From Tubulanus polymorphus (taxonomy: Eukaryota; Animalia; Nemertea): a stretch of 60,000 nucleotides of DNA. This document shows positions 11,101-24,165 of this stretch, in pieces. The position numbers were made by a program, and so were the translations under genes. Below the pieces are notes generated by a model. It was not told the DNA's origin. It did not search any database and worked only from the letters and a program-made list of their open reading frames with translations. The stretch spans positions 1 through 60,000 of the forward strand of contig NW_027437477.1 of the NCBI RefSeq assembly GCF_964204645.1, read 5' to 3'. Within the stretch, counting starts at the first letter, position 1; each line of letters begins with the position of its first letter.

Positions 11101-13883
11101 TCAAAGAATCACATACAACTCGTGTTCAACTCTACGCCACCTAGTGACAATTCAGAGAACCAAATACAACACGTGACTAAATCTGTGTCATCCAGTGACA
11201 ATTCAAAGAATCACATACAACTCGTGTTCAACTCTACGCCACCTAGTGACAATTCAGAGAACCAAATACAACAGGTGGCTCAATCTGTGCCACCTAGTGA
11301 CAATTCAGAGAACCAAATACAACACGTGACTAAATCTGTGTCATCCAGTGACAATTCAAAGAATCACATACAACTCGTGGTCAACTCTACGCCACCCAGT
11401 GACAATTCAGAGAACCAAATACAACAGGTGGCTAAATCTGTGCCACCTAGTGACAATTCAGAGAACCAAATACAACACGTGACTAAATCTGTGTCATCCA
11501 GTGACAATTCAAAGAATCACATACAACTCGTGGTAAACTCTACGCCACCTAGTGACAATTCCGGCAACCAAATACAACAGGTGGCTAAATCTGTGCCACC
11601 TATTGACAATTCAGGCAACCAAACACAACACGTGACTAAATCTGTACCAACTAGTGACAATTCAGAGAATCAAATACGAAACGTGACCATATCAGCGCCA
11701 CCTTGTGCCAATTCAGATGACCAAATACTGACCAAATCTGTACCGCCTAGTGAGAATTCAGAGAACCAGATGCACCAGGTGAATAAATCTGCGCCATCTA
11801 GTGACAATTCAGAGAACCAAATACATAAATGGGCTAATTCTGCGCCATCTAGTGACAATTCAGAGAACCAAATACTACAGATGACTAAATCTGTGCCTCC
11901 TTATGACAATTCAGGGAATGAAATAGAACACATGACCATTTCTGCGCCACCTAGTGACAATTCAAAGAATCAAATGCAACACGTGGCGAAATCCGTGTCA
12001 ACTAGTGACAATCCAGAGAATGAAACACAACACGTGACCAAAACTGCGCCACCTTGTGACAATCCAGAAAATGAAATGGAACACGTGACCAAATCTGCGT
12101 CGGCTTGTGACAATTCAGAGAATGAAACAGAACACTTGTCCAAATCTGCGCTACCTTGTGACAATGCAGAGCATCAAATGTATCACATGACCATTTCTGC
12201 GCCACCTAGTGACAATTCAAAGAATAAAATGCAAAACGTGGCGAAATCTGTGCCACCTAGTGACAATCCAGGGAATGAAATAGAAAACGTGACAAAGTCA
12301 GCGCCACCTTGTGACGATTCAGAGAATCAAATACAACAGGTGACCAAATCAGTGCCACCTAGTGACAATTCAAAAAATCAAATACAATATTCAGCGCCTC
12401 CTAGTGACAGGCCAGAGAATAGAATTGTTAATTTTGAAACGTGTTTTGTGCAGTCAGATTCAATTTGTGGATATGTGGATGAATTCGAAACATGCTGCAT
12501 TCAAAGCGAGTCGGCTTCAACGCCACCTGGTGACAAATCAGCGAATAAATATCCACTAGTTGCGATGTTTGCGGAGAATCGAAATAAATGGTTTGTTTGT
12601 TTGATATGTAACTTTATATCTACAACGGCTGTTCTCATAGATAAACATTTCAAGACGTCACACGGCGTTTCGGACACTACTGACTTCGATGTAGTAGCAC
12701 CCCGTTGTCTGGTAGCGCTGGATAAACTACCGAATTACACTTCGATTACCGATGATCGCTCTTCGAATGTAAAATCTACCGGTGAAAATCTGAAAACGTC
12801 GAATAAAATGAAGCCCAGGATGAAATATGTTGAATGTGATTTGTGTTCGAGACGATTTTCATATTATTTCGCTTATAACCGACATTTGAAAAACTGCAAA
12901 CGTGCTACAAACGATGACGCGGCCGCAACAATCCGTGACGTATCCACACCGAACGCTGACGCGACCGGAGACACCGACAGCGCCGCCAAACGTCGACGAT
13001 TGGAACGAACATCTGTAACAACGAACAACAAGTTGCGAGTGAATATATCGGAGAGTTTGTCTCCGTTAATCATGAATCTGAAAGTGTCAGATAAAAAGTC
13101 GGACGTTACTCAAAGTAAAGACGAGGTGAGTAGAGTTAAATATGTATCACCCAGGGCCTGGTTGTAAAGACTGATACAAACATTAACCGAGGACTCTAGC
13201 TTATAAGGTCTATATTAAACCAGGTCCTCGTTGAACTAATTTCCGCATTCAATCTCAATACAAATCAATTCGTCATGATTTCGCAATTTATAGAAATAAA
13301 ACGACGTATAATGACGCGGTAAGTTTTTCTATACTGTCACTTCTGTGGAAGTAGGGGACTTGTACCAGTAAGTTGTGGACGCTGGAGGTGTTGAAGGTGT
13401 GGAGGGTGGAGCGGATGACGTAGATGGTAGAGGCTGTGGACGGTGGAGGTTTGGAGGGTGGAGGTGGATAGGGTGTGGAGGGTGTGGAGCTTTTAGAACT
13501 GTCTTTGGTGATGGAAGCGACATTATGCATTCTCAGTTTGTTTCAAAATTCCTTTGCAATTTTTTATATGATTGCAATGTTTATGTGATTGCAATATTTA
13601 CATGATTGCAATATTTATATGATTATAGGATAACTGCGGTGTTTGCGATCGCCGGTACACGCCCATTGATCTCTACCATAATCCGTGGATTTTCTGCGAC
13701 CGATGTGAAAGATGGTATCACGGAATCTGTCAGAAGTTACAACCGAACGACGTCACGTTGCTGGGTCTATCTGATTTACAGTTCACCTGTCTCGACTGTA
13801 CCCGACGCAGACGAACGGCGGCTAAGAGAAAGATCACTCCACTGCTGACCACTTTAACTCGCGAATTCAACTCAACTAAATGA
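8158..13883 (+). CDS. Large low-complexity nuclear protein with two C2H2-type zinc fingers and a C-terminal PHD finger; exons 8158-13125 and 13629-13883
   Basis: A 5-kb ORF follows the acceptor at 8131-8132 and contains CLICNFISTTAVLIDKHFKTSH and CDLCSRRFSYYFAYNRHLKNC. Donor GAG|GTGAGT joins in phase 0 to DNCGVCDRRY...WIFCDRCERWYHGICQ...FTCLDC (C4HC3 PHD), followed by a basic NLS-like RRRRTAAKRK. Confidence 0.8.
10778..12540 (+). repeat. Coding 51-bp (17-aa, SVPPSDNSENQIQHVTK) tandem repeat, about 30 copies; further coding repeats of 13, 5 and 8 aa at ~8596-8750, ~9390-10110 and ~10270-10490
   Basis: Period 51 (CACCTAGTGACAATTC at 10781 and 10832). Confidence 0.9.
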
Positions 13884-14554
13884 TTGTTATCGTATTCTAT
13901 GCATGACGTGTAATAGTTATGTAATTGAGCCAAACGAATTGATACCTTGTTTCCCCTTTCTGAGTTTTAAAAGTTGACCAGGACCTACACTGTACATTAG
14001 TATATTTCTAAAGATCATGATCGAGCTTGCCATGAAAGACCAATCGGTTATAGAAATCAACCAATTATAGATTTTATTGCATTTCACAAAATGAGCTCGC
14101 CGATTAGGAAAAACAAGGTATCAGTTTTGTTTAGCCTTACTTTTTCGATATTCAAGAGCTGTATTATCTAAGAGTAATTGTATCCTTCAAACCGCCGATG
14201 AACCTCGGGCGTCGCTGTGGCTTTTCATGTGATCCGGACACCCGCCCGAAAGGGATGGGCTGGTTCTCCGGAGGGGGAAAGGGGTTGTGGTGCAAAGATT
14301 AATCTATATTTAGTTCATGTAGATTAGAAAGTCTTATTTGCCGTTGTCGTTGTTTGTGTCATTGTTTGTATCATTAGATGTTATCGAAATACATGTACAC
14401 TGCTTTTTAGATTGATACAGAACATAGGTGGGAGGTTATAGAGAGATATGGGTGAGGGGAGGTGAGGGAAGGTGAGGGAAGGTGAGGGGAGGTGAGGTGA
14501 GTTGGAAGGGGAAATATAGATAAAATTATGGAATTGGGATAATTTTAACTGTTT

Positions 14555-14632
14555 GTGTTGGTGTTGGTGCTGCTGTTGATGCTGCTGCTGCTGCTGCTGC
14601 TGCTGCTGATGCTGTTGGTGCTGCTGCTGCTG

Positions 14633-14701
<69 letters not shown>

Positions 14702-14720
14702 ATGCTGTTGGTGCTGCTGC
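14555..14720. repeat. (CTG)n microsatellite
   Basis: Direct reading. Confidence 0.95.
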
Positions 14721-14999
14721 TTTTATATCCTATGATCGATATGTAAAACGATTTGATAGAAACAGATATTATAAATTTTTCCAGCCCGATTTTTTAAACT
14801 AAAATTAAACTGCTGCATGTTCGTCTTGTGTTATTTTGATGCTGGATATTGAATGTTTCATGTGATAAATTGTACTTTCGTAGAAAAAAACTAAAAATAT
14901 ATATTAAATTTTGATGTTACTCAAAAATGACTCCCAGTCGTCGTATTTTATAAGTGACCGATTCCTCGCTTTCCACGGTTGGTTTCATCTGAAATCATG

Positions 15000-15108
15000 G
15001 GCCCGGTTTTATAGACTGGTATCAACTTTAACTCGGGGGCTAACTCAATTCTTTTTCAACTGAGTTAACCCCGGCATAAAGTTAATACCAGTCTATAAAA
15101 CCGATCCG
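15000..15108. mobile_element. Short foldback (palindromic) MITE-like element
   Basis: CGGTTTTATAGACTGGTAT...AACTCA / TGAGTT...ATACCAGTCTATAAAACCG; family copies at ~23755-23900 and ~53597-53710. Confidence 0.7.
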
Positions 15109-15534
15109 TGAGTTTAAGTTGAAACAGATATTTGTAGGATAGATTGATGAAATGTCTAGTTGAACTTAGTTTGAAAAGACACCGGGTGCAAAATTCTCAT
15201 CCAGGCACGTTCTACAACTCCTGGTTTCCATCGACTTATATTACATTAACATATTATCATCTGTATTTTCTAAGGTTATTTTATTCTTAAATCAAGAATA
15301 ATAATGATGATAATGAATAATAACAATAACTACTTGCGGCACCCCGACGCCGTTTCAAGCCAAGTCGAAATACGATAGACATTGAAAATTCCGTCGACTC
15401 AGCCATTTATTTCTTTTCGTTTGGGAAATCTTTATTTGAAACAACAATTTTCCGATTTATAAGAAGAAAATATAAACATCTTCAACATCACAACAACTAT
15501 TTTCAGCGCGCATCAGATCACATTTACAATCTAT

Positions 15535-18228
15535 TTAGATATGAACAAATTTTTGTAGCCATTCGGAACATTTTTGAACGGCTTGTTTTTGATATTCCGG
15601 ATCGGTTTCATCGTCTATGAAACTTCGCGGGGGAGGCTGATAATCTGCATAACGAGAATCATAACCTACTGGCGTGATTTTGAATGTCATCTCGCGGCGA
15701 ACCGTTGAGTATGGAGGAATCTCATTGGGCAAACTAAAGTATGGAGGAATCTCATTGGTCAAGCTAGAGTATGGAGGAATCTCATTTGTCAAACTGGAAT
15801 TCAAATCTTTTTCCGAATCGTTTATTTTCGGCAGTTTTTTCGTTGCTACTGTTGATTGGCCGGATTTCAAACATTTAAATCTAAACGGTTTTAACGGCGA
15901 AACACGTACTGTATTTCCTTTATCGGTGCCGGGCCGTAGTCCGCATATTCCATCGGTTCCATGCCTTAGTCCGGATATTTTCGGTTCAGAATTACTAGTT
16001 GTATCTCGTTGACGGTAAGACGGTTCAACCGTTGCGGCATCTAGGTCAGTATAACTGGTGGCGCCCCCTGTCTCAATATCATTAGTGGCGCCTCCTGTCT
16101 CGGTGTAACCGGTGGTACCCTCTTGCTCGGTATAACCAGTGGCGCCCTCTGTCTCGGTATAACCGGAATCCACCGAGTTTTCTTTCATCGGTTTCAGATA
16201 TTTCTTTTTGTTTGACCGGTCGACCACCAGCGCCACCTGGAATTCGCCATAATCAGAGTCTTTACCGGCGATCCCGTGATCTGTAGGCACGGCCGGCGGT
16301 GAGGATATCTTCGTCAATAGAGGGCGTCGTAGATTACGGTGATTGGTTAGATCGATGTGACGTTTAGAATAGTTGATACTAGCAGACGAGCCGACTGAGA
16401 AACTCGTTCTGTAGGAAGCGACTGACATTGATCTGAGAATTACTGCTGAAGAGGTCGGTCTTCCTAAACTTAAACTAGTTACTGGTCGGCTTGACCGACT
16501 TGACCGACTTAAACCTGTAGCAGGCCGACTCAAGCATGTAGCGGGTCGGTTAATGCCAGAAGCAGGTCGCCTTGCACCAGTTGCAGGTTGACCTGAACCA
16601 GTTACAGGTTGACCAGCACCAGTAACAGGTTGACCTGAACCAGTAGCAGGTTGACCTGAACCAGTAGCAGGTTGACCTGAACCAGTAACAGGTTGACCAG
16701 CACCTGTAGCAGGTTGACCAGAACTGGCAGCAGGTTGACCAGCAGCAGTAGCAGGTTGACCAGCACCAGTAACAGGTTGGCCTGAATCAGTAACAGGTTG
16801 ACCAGCACCAGTTACAGGTTGACCAGCACCTGTAGCAGATTGACCAGCACTAGCAGCAGGTTGACCAGCACCAGTAACAGTTTGGCCTGAACCAGTAACA
16901 GGTTGACCAGCACTTGTAGCAGGTTGACCAGCACATGTAGCAGGTTGACCAGCACCAGTAACAGGTTGAGCAGTACTCACTGTATGTGTTTCTATTAAAT
17001 CGATAGGTGATATTCGTTCCAAATGACAGAACTGTTCAGTACATGTTTCATCCAAATTAACATTTACATTCTCATCATTTCGAAGATGAATTCCCGCTGT
17101 AACTAGGGAGCTGCTTACCCCTGTAACTAGGGAGCTGCTTACCCCTGTTAGCACCGAGACGTGTCCCTGAGTCGGTTTTTCATCAGTAGAGTTATGTAAT
17201 GCAGGAGTATCTGCACTCATCAACTCGTCTATAGCTCGCCGAGCCTCGTTAGACATACGGATTTTACGCGTAGTTTGCTGCGCGGACGCGGAACCGGACC
17301 CGTCTTTCCTGCGCCTATAAACGGCTGTATTTACCCTGTTGTATCTAGACTTCATTTTACTAATTTGTCGTTTATTTTTGTTGGTTTTATTTTTCGTCAA
17401 TTCTCGTTCAGTTTTATCGCTATTATATTGCTGCTGTTTTCCGGAAGTGATTCTCTCTGACGTCATCTCGTCGGTATGTACTTCCGGTTCAACAGTGCTG
17501 ACGACTGAAGTATTTGTAACTGATGTCTTGCGTATTGGTTCTTCGCTATATTTTGTCGATAATATTGGCTCACCATCACTAACACAGTTCCCCTCAACTA
17601 CTGTTGCTATAGTTGTATCGATTAGTTTTGGCACCGATGATCTCGAGGTGACAGATATAGAGGCAGCGCAGTCGCGGCCTGTCGATAAAATCGATTTACA
17701 TCCGGCCAGCACCGCCCCTACGACTGGGACTGCTCCGGTGTTTACTTCTGGCATCGCTCCGGCTGCTACTCCTTTGTCTGCTCCGGCTATGCGTCCTTGG
17801 ACCGCTCCGGGTGCTATTGCCCCTGCTGGTTTAGGGAAATATCTGTGCTCGAAATCCCGGATGATTCCTTTCACATCGACTGTCGCAGTCGGTTGAGGGT
17901 ATGTTTTATTTAGAGCCCAATCAGAAGGACCGAAAATAGAACAGATATTTCCGAAACATTTCGCCTTCCTTCTCTTAGACGTCGTTACACCACCAGAGGG
18001 CGCCTTTAACGCCTTTCGTTGGTTGACATTCGGCATTTTATTGAAACTTTCTTTTTGACGCCATAACGTGTCCATATAGTGGCGCCCTCTGACGGCGGTT
18101 TCGATAATCGCTTTCGAGTCATGATTGTTCGACGATGTAAATTGTTTGATCTCTACCTCACCGGGTCGACATCCCAGTGTTCGACGCCTGGTTTTGTAAG
18201 CGGCTGGTGTTGAGCATTGATTGGCCAT
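15535..18228 (-). CDS. Uncharacterised ~897-aa protein, single coding exon, with central 7-aa (AGQPVTG) repeats and a short conserved-looking C-terminus
   Basis: Long ORF with ATG at 18228 downstream of an acceptor near 18276; C-terminus ITPVGYDSRY...AVQKCSEWLQKFV. Confidence 0.75.
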   Translation of the reverse strand: MANQCSTPAAYKTRRRTLGCRPGEVEIKQFTSSNNHDSKAIIETAVRGRHYMDTLWRQKESFNKMPNVNQRKALKAPSGGVTTSKRRKAKCFGNICSIFGPSDWALNKTYPQPTATVDVKGIIRDFEHRYFPKPAGAIAPGAVQGRIAGADKGVAAGAMPEVNTGAVPVVGAVLAGCKSILSTGRDCAASISVTSRSSVPKLIDTTIATVVEGNCVSDGEPILSTKYSEEPIRKTSVTNTSVVSTVEPEVHTDEMTSERITSGKQQQYNSDKTERELTKNKTNKNKRQISKMKSRYNRVNTAVYRRRKDGSGSASAQQTTRKIRMSNEARRAIDELMSADTPALHNSTDEKPTQGHVSVLTGVSSSLVTGVSSSLVTAGIHLRNDENVNVNLDETCTEQFCHLERISPIDLIETHTVSTAQPVTGAGQPATCAGQPATSAGQPVTGSGQTVTGAGQPAASAGQSATGAGQPVTGAGQPVTDSGQPVTGAGQPATAAGQPAASSGQPATGAGQPVTGSGQPATGSGQPATGSGQPVTGAGQPVTGSGQPATGARRPASGINRPATCLSRPATGLSRSSRSSRPVTSLSLGRPTSSAVILRSMSVASYRTSFSVGSSASINYSKRHIDLTNHRNLRRPLLTKISSPPAVPTDHGIAGKDSDYGEFQVALVVDRSNKKKYLKPMKENSVDSGYTETEGATGYTEQEGTTGYTETGGATNDIETGGATSYTDLDAATVEPSYRQRDTTSNSEPKISGLRHGTDGICGLRPGTDKGNTVRVSPLKPFRFKCLKSGQSTVATKKLPKINDSEKDLNSSLTNEIPPYSSLTNEIPPYFSLPNEIPPYSTVRREMTFKITPVGYDSRYADYQPPPRSFIDDETDPEYQKQAVQKCSEWLQKFVHI

Positions 18229-18824
18229 CAATTCACTCCGTTGTCGCTCGGCTCTCGCTCGGCATTCTCCGTGGTCTACAAGAATAACGTAAATTCAGAT
18301 ATGAATATTGAATTACATCACAAAAGATGATCAACCCCTAACCCGAACCTGATCGTTCATAATGATCACCAAACAATGCAATATGAGACTTACAGGGACT
18401 ATGATGACAGGTCCCCCGCTGACAGGTTGACAGATCGCGCCGCTGACAGGTTTCACTGTTTGGTTTCACTCGGGTTTATTTACGTTCGTTCATTCAGATG
18501 ACTTTCATTTAATTTCAATGAGGAAGAAATGACATAATTCTGATTCTATTCAGAAGTCGATGTCAACGACTGGAACTCGGCGTGAACTTCAAAAACCGAT
18601 CACACCGTGTTTGTTATGAGGTTCCCAAGTGTGTCACACACGTCTACATTCTATATACAGGTTATATACGCATACTAATCTAGAGTTAAAGTTTCAAGGA
18701 TTAAAAACTATAATCCTTATTTGTAACAGTTGTTGACGCCAAACCGCACGAACTGAATTTACTGTTCACTGACCGAATTCCTATCCAATTGATTTCTATA
18801 AAGATATGAAGTCAATCAGTTCGG

Positions 18825-19040
18825 GACCAAGTTCCACAGTTCTGTACCCAGTTCCACAGTTCCGGGCCCGGTTCCATAGTAATGACCACAGTTCTACAGT
18901 TCCAGACTCAGTTCCACAGCAACTGTAACCAGCTTCACAATTCTGGACACAGTTCCGCAATTCTGGACCGATTTCCGCAGTTCTGGACCGATTTCCGCAG
19001 TTCTGGACCGATTTCCGCAGTTCTGGACACAGTTCCGCAA
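18825..19040. repeat. Degenerate 20-bp minisatellite (CCAGTTCCACAGTTCTGGA-like)
   Basis: Direct reading. Confidence 0.8.
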
Positions 19041-20607
19041 TATTACTGAACAGAGTTAGATCAATTCCAATGTTTTAATCCTATAGACCCGATCTCTAAG
19101 CGTGAATTATGAAAGTGGACCCGGTCAATGCTACTGTACCGTCAAAAAGCGCATCCTTACCTCCAATCCGTCAAATAGCGCATCCTTACCTCCGATCCGT
19201 CAAATAGCGCATTCCACCGTCTAATCATCATGACGACAAATCTATCAAAACCACTGTGAATTCATAGCAATCACTTACCGCAGTTCGACTCTATTGATCA
19301 ACTGTGTATAGTCTGTAGAGTGTGTTTGTAGTAGTCGCCGCGTTCGGTCGTTAATACTTTATATAAACTTCATTAAAATCTACTTAAATTTCATCGATCT
19401 CGTCGCAAATCAGCGAAATAAATAAAAATCCATTAAAATTCGAATTAACTGAACTGCAAACACGGATTTTGACTCGACTCGACCCGACTGACTCTCTCAC
19501 TCTCTCTACACAGTACACATAACTAGTATTATTCTCGCTATGTACGAGTGTTTTAATATTCCGAGCCGAAAGAATAGAGCGTCTCCTCGCGAAACGCAAA
19601 AGTTCGAAGGTTCAGTTCTTCGTTAATTTCCATTGACGAACTCTCGCGGTCTGGAGACTATAGTTAATTTTCCGCTCGAGAAAATCCTTACAAAACAGTT
19701 TAAAATGAATACACCGCACACGTATTATAAATAGTAATTGATTTAGTCCTGTGTGTTCTACTAGAGAGCGAGTGAGAGAGGGGGAGGGGGGAGTTGGGGA
19801 GAGAGAGATTGGTCTTCTGTTTATTGTTTGACACCCGTAGCGACTAAACGCTGTCTCTCAGATCCTTAACGACAAATCAATAATTCACGATGCGATATAA
19901 GTTATGATTATGTATTGTCTGCTATCCGAAATTAGCGATCAATCTGATGAAGGTTTATCGACGTTTTTTGTATCTTTCGAAATAATCGTTTAGAAGTTTA
20001 GAAGAGTTTTACGTCCCAACCGACGAACCAATGAGGGCCTTTTTATAGGTTGTTATGGCTCACAACCTAAATAAATTAGCAGAGTTTAGTCCTTGTATGT
20101 GGCTTGACGGCCAACGTCAGAGGTGGTTTCGAACTAGGGACCTCTTGGTTAAGCAGGGGGTATATTGGTGAAATAAGGGATTGATATATTGTATCAGTTA
20201 TGCATTGTGCTCTTCTGGAAGACAGAAGTTATCCTCAGTAGATTACATCTGACGTCGCAGACACCGAAGAATTGAGCGCAGAAACTTTTGCCAATCGAAA
20301 GAGGAAGTAAATGAATGATTTCTCTTCTAAAAGTGCACAATCGTCAACTGTCTTGGATTCGCTTGCTATTGTATCACATGGTTGTCGACTCATCTGTCAC
20401 CTAGCGGGATTAGAATGTTCCAATTATTCTAGAAACAATATTTCTTCTGGAGCAGTGAACGCGGACTACTCGACTCGTCTGCCATCTAGCGGATAAACTC
20501 TGTTAAACTGTGACGATGCCAGTGAGATAGAGAATATGACGATAAACAAATGAATAATGATTCGATCGACTTTTTATTCGTCATCAACAGAAATTTCGAT
20601 GTTTCGT

Positions 20608-21924
20608 TTATCTGATATAAATCGTAAACGTATCAGCGACCACTAGACGATCGTTATCTGAAAAACGACGAGAATAAATAATAATATCATTAGAATGAAT
20701 TATAATATCATTAGAATGAATTATAATATCATTATAATGATATCATTAGAATATGTATCGTTAGTCAACCGTGTATTTTACTTACGGACGAAGGCCGAAG
20801 CGCCTGTCGGGTTATAGAGGAAATACGGATAACCAATAGGTCTCTTATCGTAATTGCACGGGTGTTTATTACCCGCATCAAACACCCCCATCCATACTTT
20901 ATCGTTTCCACATCCGCCGTAAGATTGAACCGCGTAGAATCTTCTGTCAGTGGATGCGGGACTGAAGATATGAAGTTCAACAGTAAGTCGACCGGCTAGA
21001 AGTCCTGCTAGTATCATTAGGCTAGTATCATTAGTCATGCTAGTCCCCGCTAGTCTCATTAGGCTAGTCTTGCTAGTCCCTGCTAGTCCCCGCTAGTCTA
21101 GTCTGTCCCTCATTCCATTAATTGGCGATTTTGTTTGTTTGATGCGGGATTCTAAACTAGTTATTGTCTCCTCAACTAATCTGATCTTTATAATTACGAG
21201 TTAATCGTGAATTGATTTTAATTCAAGAGAGGGGATTAAGTTTAGGGTTATCTATCGGTTTAGGATTAGGAGTAATTTTCAATAACTTACTCTCCTGCAA
21301 TACTAAAGTATCGAAGCGCTGGAGAAGTAGAAGTGAGAGAAGTCCAGGAACTGCTCGTGACCTTGTTGACGTCAAACCAGTTCATTTTATCTTTCCCTGC
21401 GGCGTTAAACACGATGAACGCAACTTCTGTACAATTCGCATAATAAGCTACTTTCACCTAAATCGACATTTCAATAAAAAAAAATGATTCATTTCAATTT
21501 CACAGCGAAGAAAATACACAATTTGACAATCGAATTTGTTTTTGATTTGTCGATTGTTTTTTGAGTTGTTCCTCACCTCTTTCACGTTTGCCCAAGCGTC
21601 GACTTTATCACTCTTCCACGTGCAGTTCAAACATGGCAGTTGTTGCCTCCAGGAGCATGCGCACGACGTGTCCTCGCACGGAGGGTTACTCGGTGGGTTT
21701 ACCCATTTATCATAGACAACATCCCCAGTTCCTTGATCGGCTAGAAATACCAACTCCCAGCCTGAAATCAACGTAAATAATGCATGTTATTAGTTCAATG
21801 AACATAATCTATGTTTGAAAACTGTATGATAATAATGTAATGTACTACCTCCGGCTCCTGCTGCGGCCTTACAGAGCTGCAGGGTTACAAATAGCACAGT
21901 CACCAAACTAAACATCAACTTCAT
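20608..21924 (-). CDS. Small secreted Cys/Trp-rich protein, paralog A (~215 aa); exons 21924-21849, 21761-21577, 21457-21291, 20961-20786, 20657-20608
   Basis: Signal peptide MKLMFSLVTVLFVTLQLCKA, then GWELVFLADQGTGDVVYDKW...VKVAYY...FNAAGKDKMNWF...SSSWT...RRFY...YGGCGND...ADTFTIYIR*. All junctions are GT-AG and in frame. Confidence 0.85.
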
Positions 21925-21959
21925 TATAACAGCACAGCTTCAAACCTGAATAATGCAAG

Positions 21960-22455
21960 AAACAACTAACAGGGTAACTATACAACTAACAGGGTAACTA
22001 TACAACTAACAGGGTAAATATACGACTAACAGGCTAACTATACAACTAACAGGCTAACTATACAACTAACAGGGTAACTATACAACTAACAGGCTAACTA
22101 TACAACTAACAGGGTAACTATACAACTAACAGGGTAACTATACAACTAACAGGGTAACTATACAACTAACAGGGTAAATATACGACTAACAGGCTAACTA
22201 TACAACTAACAGGCTAACTATACAACTAACAGGGTAACTATACAACTAACAGGCTAACTATACAACTAACAGGGTAACTATACAACTAACAGGCTAACTA
22301 TACAACTAACAGGCTAACTATACAACTAACAGGGTAAATATACGACTAACAGGCTAACTATACAACTAACAGGCGAACTTTACAACTAACAGGCTAACTA
22401 TTCAAACAACGGGCTAACTATACAACTAACAGTCTAACTATACAACTAACAGCTT
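21960..22455. repeat. 20-bp minisatellite (TAACTATACAACTAACAGGG) in a 5' UTR intron; counterpart at ~28228-28520
   Basis: Direct reading. Confidence 0.95.
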
Positions 22456-22579
22456 TGATATGAACCTACCTTACAGAACTATTTGTAGGGTTGCTTTAGA
22501 TTCTATCTCTGACAGGCTACAGATTATCTGAACACCTGATTCGATGATGTATTTATGTCATCTATCATCTGTCTTCTCA

Positions 22580-22855
22580 ATATCATCAAATAACTCTCAT
22601 CTCAATATCATCGAATAACTCTCATCTCAATATCGTCAATCATCTCTCAACTTGATATCATCGAATAACTCTCATCTCAACATCGTCAATCAACTCTCAT
22701 CTTAATATCATCGAATAACTCTCATCTCAATATCGTCAATCAACTCTCATCTTGATATCATCGAATAACTCTCATCTCAATATCATCGAATAACTCTCAT
22801 CTTAATATCATCGAATAACTCTCATCTTAATAGGATCAATCATCTCTCATCTCAA
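22580..22855. repeat. 25-bp minisatellite (TATCATCGAATAACTCTCATCTCAA)
   Basis: Direct reading. Confidence 0.9.
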
Positions 22856-23117
22856 TGAAAATATCGAAATGGTAGAAGAGCTCAGTCGACGAATCAACTG
22901 TTGATTCGATGACGAAACATCTAGATTCTATATTTTGTATTCAACGTTATTCTTAAGATTGATCGGGATAACTAAGAATGGGTCAGTGAGAGCTTGGAGT
23001 AATCATTGAATAACCTCAAGGTTAGAGTATGGGTTAGTAAAATTGCAAAGAAATTTTGGGTGGCTGCTTTGTGGCAATATTGGAAATACTTTCAGGCTTT
23101 CAGGAATTACTATAATC

Positions 23118-23556
23118 TACAGGCTACAGGTTACGAGCTACAGGCCACATGTTTCAGGCTAACGCTTACAGGCTACAGGTTACAGGTTGTGGGTTACAGG
23201 CTACAGATTACAGGTTACAGGCTACGGGTTACAGTTACGACGGACTACACAGGCCACAGGTAAAGGTTACATGTAACAAATTGCAAGCTACGTTATTGCT
23301 TACCGGTTTCAGGCTTCAAAATACAGGCTACAGGTTACAGATTACGGGTTACAGGTTAAAGGTTGTACGTAAGTTTCCATGCTACAGGTTACAGTTACAG
23401 GCTATACAGGTAAAGGTTACAAGTTGCAAGCTACGAGCTATGTAACTGGTTACCGGTTACAGGTTTACAGGCTACATACAGGTTCCAGGGTTCAAGCTAC
23501 GAGCTACATGTTGCAGGTTACAGGCTACAGGTTACAGGCCACAGGTTACAGGCTAC
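23118..23556. repeat. Degenerate 7-bp repeat (GGYTACA)n
   Basis: Direct reading. Confidence 0.85.
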
Positions 23557-23917
23557 TAGTCTTAAATGTTTCTACAGTTTTATTTTGAAATTTGAACACG
23601 AAATAAGAATAACAAGTGTAGATTCGGATGTGAACTCAGTCAACAGGGCTGGGTCTCATCGATGCAGAACCAAAATAATCCCCGGCAACGTTTTGAAATT
23701 TAGCAGTTGTAACCATGGTTTCTTGTTGAAACTGTTCATTGACGATTTATCCCTAGGGGTAACTTTGATACTCAGTCTATGAAACCGGACCCAGGGCCTA
23801 AATTTATAGACTGGTATTACCATTAATCCAGGGTCTAACTCAATTGAAAATGAATTGAGTTAACCCCCGGGTTAAAGGTAATACCAGTTTGTACTGGCCC
23901 CTGATGTTTAACAGTTA

Positions 23918-24165
23918 TACACTCCAAACACTTCACAAGTTTTGCACACTCCAAACACTTCACAAGTTTTACACACTCCAAACACTTCACAAGTTTTACA
24001 CACTCCAAACACTTCACAAGTTTTACACACTCCAAACACTTCACAAGTTTTACACACTCCAAACGCTACACAAGTCTGACACACTCCAAACTCCAAACAC
24101 TTCACAAGTCTGACACACTCCAAACACTTCACAAGTTTTACACACTCCAAACACTTCACAAGTCT
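23918..24165. repeat. 27-bp minisatellite (CACTCCAAACACTTCACAAGTTTTACA)
   Basis: Direct reading; explains the CVKLVKCLE ORFs. Confidence 0.92.

Noticed and set aside
9307-12559. Overlapping alternate-frame and antisense ORFs in the large gene
   Set aside because: Shadows of coding tandem repeats.
13294-13318. 25-nt micro-exon between AG and GTAAGT
   Set aside because: Its phase is incompatible with the donor at 13125 (immediate stop); direct splicing to 13629 is in frame.
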